64,000 bases of DNA from an uncultured delta proteobacterium (GCA_963769935.1 CAVYNY010000010.1:736001-800000); one strand, 5' to 3'. Positions 19,871 to 31,533 are shown, counted from the first letter of the stretch. The notes: a model not told the origin generated them from the letters alone. Made by a program: numbers and translations.

Positions 19871-19933
19871 ACTGGGTACATAATCCTGAAAATTGCTCAA
19901 TTCAGGTAGGCGTTAAACCTGGAGATTTAGATA

Positions 19934-20653
19934 TTGAGAAATTTAACCCATAAAGGCGTCGAACAATTTCGCAAATATCTGGCTGAACTCCGGCAGGGTT
20001 CTCAAAATCCACCACCCTACGGCCTGTTGGAGAATCCGGAATTTTCAGCTCCGCTCGAGGGGGATGCCGGAATCGAGCAGCGAACTTTCGGGACCCGGCT
20101 GCAGCTGGCGCAGTATCTGGCCGAAGTGCTGGACGGAGCTGAAAATGACGGCCTGGAAAGCGATATCGGCCTGTGGAGCTGGCTGTCCCTGTTTTATTTC
20201 GACCAGGTGTGCCCGGCGGAGGAAAACGGCCTGCGCAAGCCCGGCCGGGACTATCGCCATATCCTGGAACCGGGCTATCCCAACGGTCATCGCCACCTGC
20301 TGGCCGGCGCCTGGCTGGTCTACTCGGTATACGGCCTGGGGGATGAACTGAGCAGGCTGCTGTTGTGGACCCCGCTGCATCTGGAAAGCAAGTTTCATCA
20401 TGAACTTGCAGTCAGGCAAACCCTGATTACGAATAAGGGTATTCTGGAGGCCGCCGATAAAATGTATTTCCGGGAATCGGAGGGCCATCCCCACAAAGGG
20501 GCGCTGGTGAAAAAACAGGTCCCGGGGACCTTGCAGCGGTTTATCGATGTCGTCCAGCAGCTGGATCTGACCTACGACCTGTACAGCATGCGCGGGGAGG
20601 AAATCCTCGCGCTGCTCCCGCCTGAATTTGATAAATGGAAAATAAGGCCATAA
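19934..20653 (+). CDS. hypothetical protein, third gene of the GHKL locus
   Basis: GGAG RBS with TTG start; 239 aa, LWSWLSLFYFDQVCP, HRHLL. Confidence 0.8.
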   Translation: MRNLTHKGVEQFRKYLAELRQGSQNPPPYGLLENPEFSAPLEGDAGIEQRTFGTRLQLAQYLAEVLDGAENDGLESDIGLWSWLSLFYFDQVCPAEENGLRKPGRDYRHILEPGYPNGHRHLLAGAWLVYSVYGLGDELSRLLLWTPLHLESKFHHELAVRQTLITNKGILEAADKMYFRESEGHPHKGALVKKQVPGTLQRFIDVVQQLDLTYDLYSMRGEEILALLPPEFDKWKIRP

Positions 20654-20952
20654 ATTCACCGACAAGATTCAACGCGACTTCCGAGGCCGTGTTTGGAATA
20701 AGTGGCCGCTGCGTGGCCGTTGTTGGAGCAGGATGGGGCGGCAAAGTAAATTCTAATCCAGCTGCATCAGAAGGTTTTGTGAGACAATAAAATCTCAAAT
20801 TTCAATTCAGCAGGTAATTTTCGCAAAATCAGTCCCGCCATCGCGAGCTCAGGCGAGGTAAACCGGATTCTCGATACCCTGCTGCTAAACGCCTATTCCC
20901 CCCCTCTATTTCACGGTTAACGCATCAATGGGGTTGTTGATGTATTATCCGC

Positions 20953-20980
20953 TCAAGATTTTTTTGAATTGCACCGATAT
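20953..20980 (+). promoter_or_regulatory. sigma28-like promoter
   Basis: TCAA-N16-ACCGATAT upstream of the 21060 lipoprotein. Confidence 0.45.
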
Positions 20981-21059
20981 AGCGATTTACAGACCTGAAT
21001 GATCTATCTTTCAGGACGGATTAATTAATGCGCCAAATACATCAATTCCAGGAGCAAAA

Positions 21060-21749
21060 ATGCAAGATTACCGTAGATTAGATTTCCTTTCAAAGGTCAA
21101 ATCAAATTTGAAACTTGTGGCTGCCTTTCTGGCCGTTGGCTTCTCCGTTCTGTCCGGCTGCTCACATACACATACCGTGCAGGTTCTGATTCCACCTCAA
21201 ATGGACCTTGCGCCCTATCGCATCATCGGCGTAGTCGAATTTTCCACGAATGGTGAACCCGAGTTAGGTCAATATTTGACGCAGAACTATCTGCAGGCCG
21301 TTCAGAACGGCCAGCCGGAAGTGCGCTTTCTGGAATTGGGCAGCCGGGACCTGGTGTTGTCGAAAGTCAGTCGCGGGCAGCTCGATTATGAAGCCGTCAA
21401 GTCGATCGGCCGGATCTACAAGGTCGACGCCGTCATGTTCGGGCAATTGAATCTATCCGAACCCAAACCCAATATTCGTGTGTCATCGACGTGGCAGTCA
21501 GTGAACGCGGGTGCTTCTGTTGAGGCAGCCCTCATAACAAAACTATGGGAGAGCGACAGCGGCGTCGTCCGCTGGACGAATTCCAGCCAGGGCCGGGACA
21601 CCATCGCGCGCTTGAGTGCGAGCACCAGCGGCAACTTTCATTTTGGCGCCAAGGACCCCGAAGAGACCTACGGCAGACTTGTTTCGCAGCTTGTCTATGC
21701 CAATACCGGGGACTTCCGGGCCCATTATGAAAACCGCAGAGTGAAGTAG
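21060..21749 (+). CDS. lipoprotein, CsgG/TolB-N-like fold
   Basis: Lipobox LSGC; IGVVEF..., IGRIYKVDAVMFG, ESGVVRW pattern. Confidence 0.7.
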   Translation: MQDYRRLDFLSKVKSNLKLVAAFLAVGFSVLSGCSHTHTVQVLIPPQMDLAPYRIIGVVEFSTNGEPELGQYLTQNYLQAVQNGQPEVRFLELGSRDLVLSKVSRGQLDYEAVKSIGRIYKVDAVMFGQLNLSEPKPNIRVSSTWQSVNAGASVEAALITKLWESDSGVVRWTNSSQGRDTIARLSASTSGNFHFGAKDPEETYGRLVSQLVYANTGDFRAHYENRRVK

Positions 21750-21773
21750 GCCGTGCAGGAAGGAAAATCAGCT

Positions 21774-21866
21774 TGTGGGAGGGGCTTTCCCTTCGGGCCG
21801 GAAGCAAGCCACGATTTCAGGTGTTGGCCTCACCGAATCAATCGCGGCTGGAAAGCCGCTCCCACA
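21774..21866. repeat. REP doublet (GTGG-type) with a hairpin inserted in the left arm
   Basis: TGTGGGAGGGGCTTTCC[CTTCGGGCCGGAAGCA]AGCCACGAT ... ATCGCGGCTGGAAAGCCGCTCCCACA. Confidence 0.85.
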
Positions 21867-22117
21867 CTATACAATATAAGCTGAACAGAATTGATTGTTC
21901 CTGGATGCCGGCCGGCAACGGCCTCGTAAAAAAGACGGTCTTGCACCTTCCCCTCTACCCCTCTTATGCACTTATTCAGATTCAGGCAGCGTTGAAGGAA
22001 AGTTCCCCCTTCTTAAGTCTTTGCGGCATTTTTCTACCGCTTGTAATACTTTTTTGTTTACAATGTTGCCAAATTATCAATATCTAATATATCAATCAAT
22101 TTCCCGGAGGTTAACCA

Positions 22118-24571
22118 ATGAAAGCATACGAAAAGCTCGGGGCTTTTTATATCGGCAAATTGTACGACATGGCCTCCCAACAGCTTAAAGACGATCTCGT
22201 GCTCTATGATTCCAAGGATCTCAACACCCACGCCGTCATCATCGGCATGACCGGCAGCGGCAAGACCGGCCTGGCAATTGCATTGCTGGAAGAGGCCTTG
22301 ATTGACCATATTCCCGTAATCGCCATCGATCCCAAAGGCGATCTGCCCAATTTGCTGCTGACCTTTCCCCACTTGCAGGCCGACGATTTTCGCCCCTGGA
22401 TCAACGAGCAGGACGCACTCTACGCCGGTCTCAGCCCGGATCAGTTTGCCGCCCAACAGGCGGCCCTATGGCAAGAAGGACTGGCAAGCTGGGACCAGGA
22501 TGGCGAGCGCATTGCCCGCCTGAAGGCCGGTGCCGATTTTACCGTCTACACACCGGGCAGCAGTTCCGGAACACCGGTCAGCGTCCTGCGAAACTTTGCC
22601 CCCCCGGCCGCCGACATCATGGAGGAAAAAGACCTGCTGCGCGAGCGGATTCAGAGTACGGTCACCGCCCTGCTGGCCTTGCTGGGTATTGAGGCCGATC
22701 CCATCACCAGCCGGGAGCACATCCTGTTGTCCAATATCATTGAGTCTTCATGGGCGGCGGGCAAAGGGCTGGATCTGGCCGGCATGATCCGCGCCGTCCA
22801 GACGCCGCCGTTCGAGCGCATCGGCATTATGGATCTGGAAGCGTTCTACCCTCCCAGGGACCGTTTTGAACTGGCCATGCGCTTGAACAACCTGCTGGCC
22901 GCACCGGGATTCGAGGCCTGGATGGAAGGCGACCCCATCAATATCGGCCGCCTGCTTTACAGCGATCAGGGCCGGCCCCGGGCGTCGATTTTTTCCATCA
23001 GTCACCTGGCGGATTCGGAAAGGATGTTTTTCGTCTCGGTGCTCTTAAACGAAATTCTGGCCTGGATGCGGACCCAACCCGGCACCACCAGCCTGCGGGC
23101 CGTTTTATATATGGATGAAATCTTCGGCTACTTTCCGCCGGTTAAAAATCCACCCTCCAAGGCACCGCTTCTCACACTGCTCAAACAGGCCCGCGCCTTT
23201 GGGCTCGGGATTGTGCTTGCCACGCAAAACCCGGTGGACCTGGATTACAAGGGACTTTCCAATACGGGCTCCTGGTTCATCGGTCGTCTGCAAACCGAAC
23301 GGGACAAAGCCAGGGTGCTGGAAGGGCTTGAAGGTGCCGCTGCCGGCACCGGGTTCAATCGGGCCGGGATGGAGGAGATTCTGGCCGGTCTGGGCCGGCG
23401 CGTGTTTTTGCTTAACAATGTCCATGAAAACCGGCCGGTTACTTTTCAGACGCGCTGGGCACTGTCCTATCTGCGGGGTCCCATGACCCGCGAACAGATT
23501 AAAAAACTGACTGCCGACAGCAATACTTGGGCCGCACAGGCAGCTTCACCGGCGCCGGAAGATACATCCGCCGTGTTGAAAGCCCCCGTTACGGCAGCCC
23601 CGGCTGCCCGACCGGAACCGCTCTTAAACAAGCCGCCGGTCATGCCGCCGGATCTCAAGGCTTTTTATCTGCCGGCCTCCGGCGGCGGCCAGGGACTCGA
23701 GTATCGACCGGCGGCGGTCGGCTGGGTCGAAGTCCACTATTCCAGCGCCGGCTATAACCTGTCCACCTCCGCCAAGCTGGCCCTGGCCGCCATGCTGGAG
23801 GAAGGGCCGGTGCCACTGGATTGGGACCTGGCCCAGCAAATCGCCCTGGATCCGGCTGATCTGGAAACCGAGCCCCTGGCCGGGTCAAGTTTCGCCGAAC
23901 TGCCGGCGACAGCTAAAAATGCGAAAAATTATAACAAGTGGGCCAAGGATTTTATGCGCTGGGTTCGTCAGAATCGCCCGCTGGTCATTTATAACTCCCA
24001 ACGTTTCGGGTTGTCCAGCAGCCCAAGGGAATCCAAGCCCGAATTTTTGGCGCGCCTGTCCCAGGCCGCACGGGAAAAGCGCGATCTGGAAGTCGAGAAA
24101 CTGCGCAGCAAATACAGCCCTAAATTCAACACCCTAAACAATCGCCTGATGCGGGCCGAGCAGGCTGTCAGGCGTGAAAAGGAACAGGCCCAGTCAAGTA
24201 AAATTCAAACGGCAATTTCCTTCGGCACCGCGATTCTCGGTGCGTTCATGGGACGCAAAGCCGTCAGCGCCGGCTCTGCCTCACGCTTCGGCACCGCCAT
24301 GCGATCCGCCAGTCGCATACGCAAGGAGTCCATGGATATCGACCGGGCCCAGGAGACGCTCGACGCCACCCGCCGGCAGCTGGAAGAACTCGACAAGCAG
24401 TTCCAGGAGGATGTTGAAGGCACCGAAGCCGCTTTTGACCCTGAAAGGGAGGCCATCCGGGAAGTTCTCGTCAAACCGAATACCAGCGACCTGGCACTGG
24501 CGTTCTTTGGCCTGGTCTGGCTGCCCTACCGCAGGGATGCGAGCGGCCGGTCGGCCCCGGACTGGTTATAA
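22118..24571 (+). CDS. HerA/FtsK-superfamily ATPase (DUF87-like) with C-terminal coiled coil
   Basis: GMTGSGKT Walker A, IDPKGD, LYMDE Walker B, RAFG, ATQNP. Confidence 0.9.
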   Translation: MKAYEKLGAFYIGKLYDMASQQLKDDLVLYDSKDLNTHAVIIGMTGSGKTGLAIALLEEALIDHIPVIAIDPKGDLPNLLLTFPHLQADDFRPWINEQDALYAGLSPDQFAAQQAALWQEGLASWDQDGERIARLKAGADFTVYTPGSSSGTPVSVLRNFAPPAADIMEEKDLLRERIQSTVTALLALLGIEADPITSREHILLSNIIESSWAAGKGLDLAGMIRAVQTPPFERIGIMDLEAFYPPRDRFELAMRLNNLLAAPGFEAWMEGDPINIGRLLYSDQGRPRASIFSISHLADSERMFFVSVLLNEILAWMRTQPGTTSLRAVLYMDEIFGYFPPVKNPPSKAPLLTLLKQARAFGLGIVLATQNPVDLDYKGLSNTGSWFIGRLQTERDKARVLEGLEGAAAGTGFNRAGMEEILAGLGRRVFLLNNVHENRPVTFQTRWALSYLRGPMTREQIKKLTADSNTWAAQAASPAPEDTSAVLKAPVTAAPAARPEPLLNKPPVMPPDLKAFYLPASGGGQGLEYRPAAVGWVEVHYSSAGYNLSTSAKLALAAMLEEGPVPLDWDLAQQIALDPADLETEPLAGSSFAELPATAKNAKNYNKWAKDFMRWVRQNRPLVIYNSQRFGLSSSPRESKPEFLARLSQAAREKRDLEVEKLRSKYSPKFNTLNNRLMRAEQAVRREKEQAQSSKIQTAISFGTAILGAFMGRKAVSAGSASRFGTAMRSASRIRKESMDIDRAQETLDATRRQLEELDKQFQEDVEGTEAAFDPEREAIREVLVKPNTSDLALAFFGLVWLPYRRDASGRSAPDWL

Positions 24572-24778
24572 ATAGCCCACTTCAAGATCCCCGATTTTTT
24601 AATGATCGCCGTAGTCTTCAGGAGGAGTTATCTAATTTATTCGCAACTTTTATTCCGATAATAAGAAATCTCTTCATTCAATGAGCCAAGGGGTCAATTA
24701 AAAGCAACTTGTTATTTTATGCACTCGGCTTTAGGTCAGATTTGTTTGATCCGAGGCTGTCAACATCATTGAAAAACG

Positions 24779-25773
24779 TTCAGGACGACACAGCAGCCGT
24801 ATCAGCCACATGTTTGAACGTTAACCACCAATGCCATATCCGAATTTTCTATGTTGTTTTTGTCAAATTGCCACATCCAGATGGAACTCTTGTACCAAAT
24901 AATTCTCTGCGGCCAGCAATAATCCGTGAGCAGAAAAATTACAGCCAGGACTATTCTCTCCACATTCCACTTAAACCGATGTGTACCAAAATGAGTCGGC
25001 TCCAACACAGAGGTCATGTAATAGTCCATGGTCGTATCCAATCGATGTTCCAATTCGAAGTATTCCTTGGCGTTCTTAACAAGTTGGTCTGTTTCGCCAT
25101 CCGGATAATATCCGCTATGAAAGGTATCCAGCAGGTAAATATAATACATGGTTTTGAGTTTCTTGATGCTCATCTTTTGCCGGAGAATATTTCGTCTTTG
25201 ATGAAGGCAAGATATGAAAACCTTTTGCGATTTGCTATCGGGGCAAATCAGTTTGTACGCCAAAGAAAACATATCTGAATAAATTTCATCTTGAGCAGAG
25301 ATTTTTTCTCTGTATTTCATGGGGACATAATGTTCTACCGTATCCCAGAAGGTAACCGCATCAAATTTCCCATATAGTTTTTTACGCAATAGCTCATCTT
25401 TGTCGATATCTTTCCAATTTATTCATACTACATCCAGGCCTCTTGACCTGCAAACTTCAACCTGCACCCCTGTGATATTTATACCTACGACATTCATGCC
25501 TTTTAGGTGTAAATAATCCAACCAATCACCGCAGCCACAGCCTATATCTATCACCCACATGCCGGGCTCAAGATTCAACTTTTTGATTGCGTATTCGAAC
25601 TTGTCACTTTGTGCCTTTTCTCGCGATTTAAAATAATCGCCATTATAAAAATTAAAACCGTAATCAAGCCCTTGACCGAATAGCGAGTCATTAAAAAATG
25701 CACTAACCACATATCCACGTTGTATTCTTTTCTCCGGATTGAAGACTTCTTGCCATAGTGTATCATGGTTCAT
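24779..25773 (-). pseudogene. SAM-dependent methyltransferase (cyclopropane fatty acid synthase-like), in-frame TGA plus probable 3' frameshift
   Basis: AQSDKF..LNLEPGMWVIDIGCGCG; ORFs 25423-25773 and 24802-25389 share a frame across GLDVV*INWKD; FDAVTFWDTVEH. Confidence 0.75.
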
Positions 25774-26149
25774 ACCTATTGGTTAGCGAGGCCTACAAAA
25801 GGAATTATTGATTTTTAAAAATTAGGGCGAACCCCAGATGTTGGGGGCGGTCTTTTTCTCTGCAACCATTTGATACATTGAGAATAACCACGGTTCGGGC
25901 AAGGTTGGAATATCATCTACGTATCTGAAATTTGCTGATTTTCCATGTATTCTCAATATATCACCACCACCCGGAATTATCTTTTCGATTGACTAAACCT
26001 CATTAGATTCGTTATAAATCCCCTTCAGCTATTTCTGTTTCTCCTACCCCAGCGGACCTGAAGCGATTTTCTATTTCCAGAATCGAATCCGAATTCTCTT
26101 TAACTTCACATTTGACGTTAAATACATTGAATTTGTTAAGGTTTTTCGG

Positions 26150-29100
26150 ATGACATCCCAAATTGAAATCCCGGTAAAGATTACAAAACCAAGAATGGAT
26201 TTGACCTTGAATAGGGAAAGCCTGTTCGCTCTCCTGGATAAATATCGAGAATATCCAGTGATCTGGGTCGTCGGACCCGCAGGATCGGGAAAAACCTCGC
26301 TGGTATCAAGTTACATCGAACAAAGAAAAATTCCATATTTATGGTACAAGGTCGATGAAACCGACGCTGATGCCGCGAACGTATTTTTTTATCTTCGTCT
26401 TGGCGCGAAAACTGCCTCACTCCGAAAAAAATTTGGTCTTCCGCTGTTCACTCCGGAATATGCTTTGGGCCTTCCTGCATTTACGAGGCGATTTTTCGAA
26501 ATTCTGTTTGAAGAACTCGGAAAGCCTTTGATGCTTGTGTTGGATAATTTTCAGAAATCGGCGAAAGGTGCTCTGCCTGAAATCATCCGTAATGCACTAT
26601 CAGTTGTTCCCCAAGGCATAACGCTCGTTGTTATAAGCCGAACCAAACCGCCCCCGCAGATGGCACGCGCAATAGCTAACCAAAAAATGCAAATTGTGGG
26701 GTGGGAGGATCTTAAACTAAGCTTTGATGAAACCACATTGCTTGTAAAGCGAGTCCATCAAAAAGATCTTTCAAATTCGACGGTCCATAAACTCTATAAA
26801 AAAGTCGATGGTTGGATAGCAGGGCGAAATTTTTGTTGTCTCAAACGGATATAAAGAAGCTGCACCCACAAATTCTGCAATGTGATATCTGCAGATTATT
26901 TTTGATTATTTTGCAAACGAAGTGTTTGAAAATGTCCCTGAAGAAATCCAAAATTTTCTTGTGGCAACATCGATGCTCTCCCGATGTGGGTCGCGGAAAT
27001 GGCCCAGGCCTTAACCGGTCACAGTGAATCTGAAAACATCCTGGAAATGCTTTATTCGGATAATTTTTTTACATTCAAACACAGAGGCAATTCGGATTTT
27101 TATAATTACCATGCACTTTTTCGAGAGTTTCTTATTCCAAGGGCAAATAAACGGTTTTCGGCTGAGGTTCATACTAAATTAAAAAGCAGGGCCGCCACGT
27201 TATTGGAGTCTATCGGAGACATAGAGAATGCAGCAGCGCTTTACCGTCAGATTGGAGATGATACTAAATTCATAAATTTGATTTTGCGGAATACCCCAAA
27301 TCTATTGGAACAAGGTAGACATAAAACTGTTGAAGATTGGATAACAAGCTTGCCCGATAAGGCAGTTGATTCGAATTCGTGGTTACTGTACTGGTTGGGA
27401 AAGTGTAAAGTCGCCCTTCAAACCATCGCAAAGCCGTCCTATTTTCGAAAGAGCCTTAAAACAGTTTGAAGCCCACCAAGATCCTCAGGGAATTTTCCTT
27501 GCCCTGTCAGGCGTTTTCCAGTCGATAATCTATTCTTTCGATAAGTTTGACTTATTCGATCAGTGGATTCCAGAAGTTGAAAAATTCTGCCACAGTTACC
27601 CGGTTTTTCCATCGCAGCAAGTTGAGGCATTAATCACATCAGATATGCTGTACGCTTTTATGCTGAGACAAAGCAATCACCCCGACTTCTCAAGGTGGGA
27701 AAACAGGAGTTTAATGCTTATCGAGAACAATCTTTCATTGCGGCTTAAAATGCAGTTGTTACTTCCCCTTTTATAACATCGAATTTTTTCCGGAAAATTG
27801 GCAGATGCCCGAAACATTATCGAAATACTTGATGGTTTAATTTCATCTCTCAATGAATCTCTCATTGGTTGAAATTACAATGGGTGACGCCAAAGCACTT
27901 TTTAATTGGCTAATTACTCGGGTTCAACGCTTGTAAAAAATTCGTCAACAAGTCGATAGACTTGGCTTTAAACAATGGTATCCACACATTGTCTTTATTT
28001 TTAAATGGTCACAATGTGGCAAGATTGCTAAGTTGTGGGGAAAATTCTAAAGCCGATAAAATCTTAAAGTCGATAAAAGCAGATCTGAGCCAAATGGGAG
28101 CTTGGAATAAAAAATACTACCATTATCTTTGTCTATGGAGAGCCCTCATTGCCAGGGACTTGGATGAAGCGGAAGCTCAATCCAGGCTCGCTTTAGCTCA
28201 TGGTGAAATCGCCGGTATGCCGCAGACGATGGCAATTGCCTGCTGGGGCAGAGCTATTGTCTTGCAACTAGAGGGAAAAGAACAAACTGCAGTAAAAATG
28301 TTAGCGGATGCCTTAGATCTTTGCGAAATATATGACATTCGCCAGGTTAAATTTGGCTGTCTGCTCACAGAAGCCCGATTTGCGTTCGATCGGGACGATC
28401 GGCCAGCTGGTTTGAACGCGCTGCAGCGAGCATTTTCGGTGGCAAGCCAGAATTCCTATTACAACACCTATTTCTGGAGACAGGATGATATCGCGGACTC
28501 TCGAAAAAGCACTTGAGGCCGGTATCTGCGAAAATCACATGAGAAATTCATCTGCAGACGACGTCTTTATCCGCCGGATAATTACATTCATTTGGTAAAT
28601 TGGCCGTGGCCCATCCGGATATTCACGCTTGGACGGTTGGAAATCCAAACGAATGGAACACCGCTGAAATTTAAAAGCAAAGCCCCTAAAAAGCCCCAGC
28701 ACCTGCTCAAGACCGTGGCAGCTCTTGGCGGCCGCGAAGTGTCCAATGATCTTATCCTTGACGCACTATGGCCGGAGCTGGATGGCGATGCAGCGCACAG
28801 CGCGTTTACGAGCTGTTTGCACCGCTTGAGAAAACTGCTGGATAATGAACAAGCCATTCGAGTTCAGGATGGAAAAATCTCTTTTAATAGCAAAATTTGC
28901 TGGCTTGACCTTTGGCCATATGAGAAATTGATCCGCCAGGCGGAGTCCCTCTGGTTGGATACAACCGATAAAAATGGGAGCTCAGAGGCTGTTAAACTTA
29001 CCAGAAAAAATCATGGCTCAATACAATGGAGTTTTCCTGCCCGATGATTCCAGTGCCTCTGGATGATTACCCATGCGTGAAGGCCTCACCAGCAATTTCT

Positions 29101-29424
29101 GGTTGCCTTCGACCCCTAATCCAAAATTACGAAGCTGCCCAAAAGTGGGATAAAGCTGTATTGGCCTTTACTCGGGGCATCGATGTCGATCCTCTGGCCG
29201 AGGATTTTTACCGTGGCCTGATGCGCTGTTTTCAACGACTCAAGCGACCATCGGAAATCATATCAACCTACCGTATCTGTCAAACCAATCTGTCCACTCA
29301 CGCCGGCCTGAAACCATCTCAGGAAACGGTCGATCTTTTCACTTTTCGCTCATTTAGCTGTTGGCTGTATCCACACTGTTATCAACTATTTCCCCAAATA
29401 GTTAGATCTACAGATTTGATATAG
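26150..29424 (+). pseudogene. MalT-like STAND NTPase / TPR / wHTH-BTAD transcriptional regulator, fragmented
   Basis: GPAGSGKT, LVLDN, GWIAG, YHALFREF, IFTLGRLEI, LWPELDGD..LHRLRK, DPLAEDFYRGLMRC spread over seven or more ORF pieces. Confidence 0.85.
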
Positions 29425-29467
29425 TCATTATCCCGCCGACGACCCATTCAACATTTTTTTGCTATCA

Positions 29468-29484
29468 GTGACCGATCTGTGACC
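29468..29484 (+). promoter_or_regulatory. 11-bp-period direct repeat, candidate BTAD/SARP-type operator
   Basis: GTGACC-GATCT-GTGACC between the regulator and the next gene. Confidence 0.4.
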
Positions 29485-29606
29485 CCCGCGATGCTAAACA
29501 TTTAATCCGATCGAGCTTATTTTTCGAAGCTAAAACGAATTGAGATGGCGGCAAATCTTTACCGGTTGCCGATTCAAGTTCTTACAATCCTTGGTGAGAT
29601 AGGCCA

Positions 29607-30468
29607 ATGGATAGAGAAATATCAATTGACCGATTGCATGCGTCATCGCAAGCAAGGGAAAAAATCAATGCATTTAGTTACTTGGAGCTACCTATCAAAT
29701 GCCCGATAATCATCTCTCTTACCATTTTCCTCTCATTTGTCGCTTCAACCGTTACAGCCCGCCAAAGCATATTTTATCCAAATTTCGAAGTCTGTATTAA
29801 TTATGCGGATAGAGAAGATATTGAACTTGCATTAGGTGCCGTCCAAAAAACATACGATTTTTTTATGTCTATCGGATATTCAAAAAAATACCCTCTGTGG
29901 ATTTTTTTTCAGGAAAAGGTTGAGATTGAAACTGTGACCGGTGAGTTAATTCGTGTATACGGCAAGCTCAACAAGGATAATCAAATTTATTTAACCGATT
30001 GGAATGAACCCTGGCTGACCAAACAAAACCCATATGGTTTGCAAATGAACAAGGATTTTTACGAAAGTTTAATTCCTCAGAAATTGCACATTTTATTGCT
30101 GAAAAAATCGTCGGCCGCAAAATCGAAAACACCCTTTCCGAATATATCGCCTACGTTGTTCAGCTATCACGGAAGTACCGCCCACTATGCGGCAGGAAAT
30201 TTTAGGCCAGCGTCACCTAACGGCCTTTAAAACCGAAGAAATCGATCTTGATATAATGCTGTTTGACCCCGTGATTTTTGGCTTCAAATCGTACCTTCAT
30301 TGCATGCAGAGCAGGGGACAATATCTGAAAGAAAGTGTCTGCAGCATCATCAGGGAACCCGACAGTATCGCTTACTGGCGATTTCGTCCGAGAATTATTT
30401 CGAATCTCAAGCGTGCAGCTAATCATGATTCTTTCAGCAGTTTCGTAAAACCCAATGATCACATATAG
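29607..30468 (+). pseudogene. exported hypothetical protein, frameshifted
   Basis: Signal-like segment; reading continues in alternative frames (PQK|IAHFIAEK, SEYIAYVVQL, MRQEILG), possible HExxH-like region at the shift. Confidence 0.5.
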
Positions 30469-30780
30469 CTATTTTGCAGAAAAGGGAAAATGGCGGTCTC
30501 TCATCTCAACAAAGGGGGAAAACCAAATGAAAGCGGTCAACCTCAGTTTGCCTTCAATCGGAGAAATTGCGGAATCGATCAGAAATATCAAAAGTCCTTT
30601 TGGCTCTGGTATGAAAAATTGGCCTCATTTTGTGACCGGCACCTTACCGCCGATTGGATGGATAAAGTCCGTCAAGATCCTGATAAATGGCCTTATTATT
30701 AATCGCTTCTGCAGAACCACCATTTTTCTTCCTCGGCATATTTGGCCTCCATTATCTTTATGTTTAGGTTGCCTGGTGGC

Positions 30781-31533
30781 CTACCCCTGAGGTATGGACC
30801 GGCTGAGCCAGTCCTCGAAACGGGTCGGGCCGATGCGCGGGTTATCGCCGGGGGTGAGGCTTTGATCGTTCACCGCCATGCCGTAGTAGCGCGCCTTCGG
30901 ATCGGTGATCACCGTCCGTGCGTCCCCGGTTGCGCTCAGGAATTGCCGCACGAGTTCGTCCTGACGGATCGGTTCGGGACCGGCCATTCGATCGTGCCGT
31001 TCACCGGCTCCCCGAGGGCGACGTCGGCCATGACGGCGGCGACGTCATCCGACACAATAGGCTGCATCAGAGCCGGCGGAAGCCGAACCGTCTGTCCTTC
31101 GGTCGCCGATTGGGCGATGCCGCCCACGAACTCGAAGAACTGCGTTGCGCGGACGATCGTGTAAGGAATCGAGGAAGCCTTGATAAGTTTTTCCTGGGCC
31201 ATCTTTGCGCGGAAGTAACCACTCGCCAGAAGGCGGTCGGTGCCGACGACCGACAGCGCCACATGATGTCCGACGCCCGCGGCGGCTTCCGCGGCGAGGA
31301 GGTTCCGGCCTGATGTCTCGAAAAACTCCAGGACTGCGTTGTCCTCCCACGAGGCGCATTCGCGACATCGACGACCACCTGAGCGCCGGCGAGCGCTTCC
31401 GCCAATCCCTCGCCAGTGACGGTGTTGACACCCGATGAGGTGATGCGGCCACCACCTCATGGCCATGCTGACGAAGCTTGTTCACGAGCTTCTTCCCGAT
31501 AAGCCCGCTGCCCCCGATGACGACGATTTTCAT
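30781..31533 (-). pseudogene. NmrA/SDR NAD(P)-binding oxidoreductase, frameshifted
   Basis: MKIVVIGGSGLIG, GVGHHVALSVVG, YFRAK, IVRATQFFEF, GPTRFEDWL across four frames. Confidence 0.85.
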
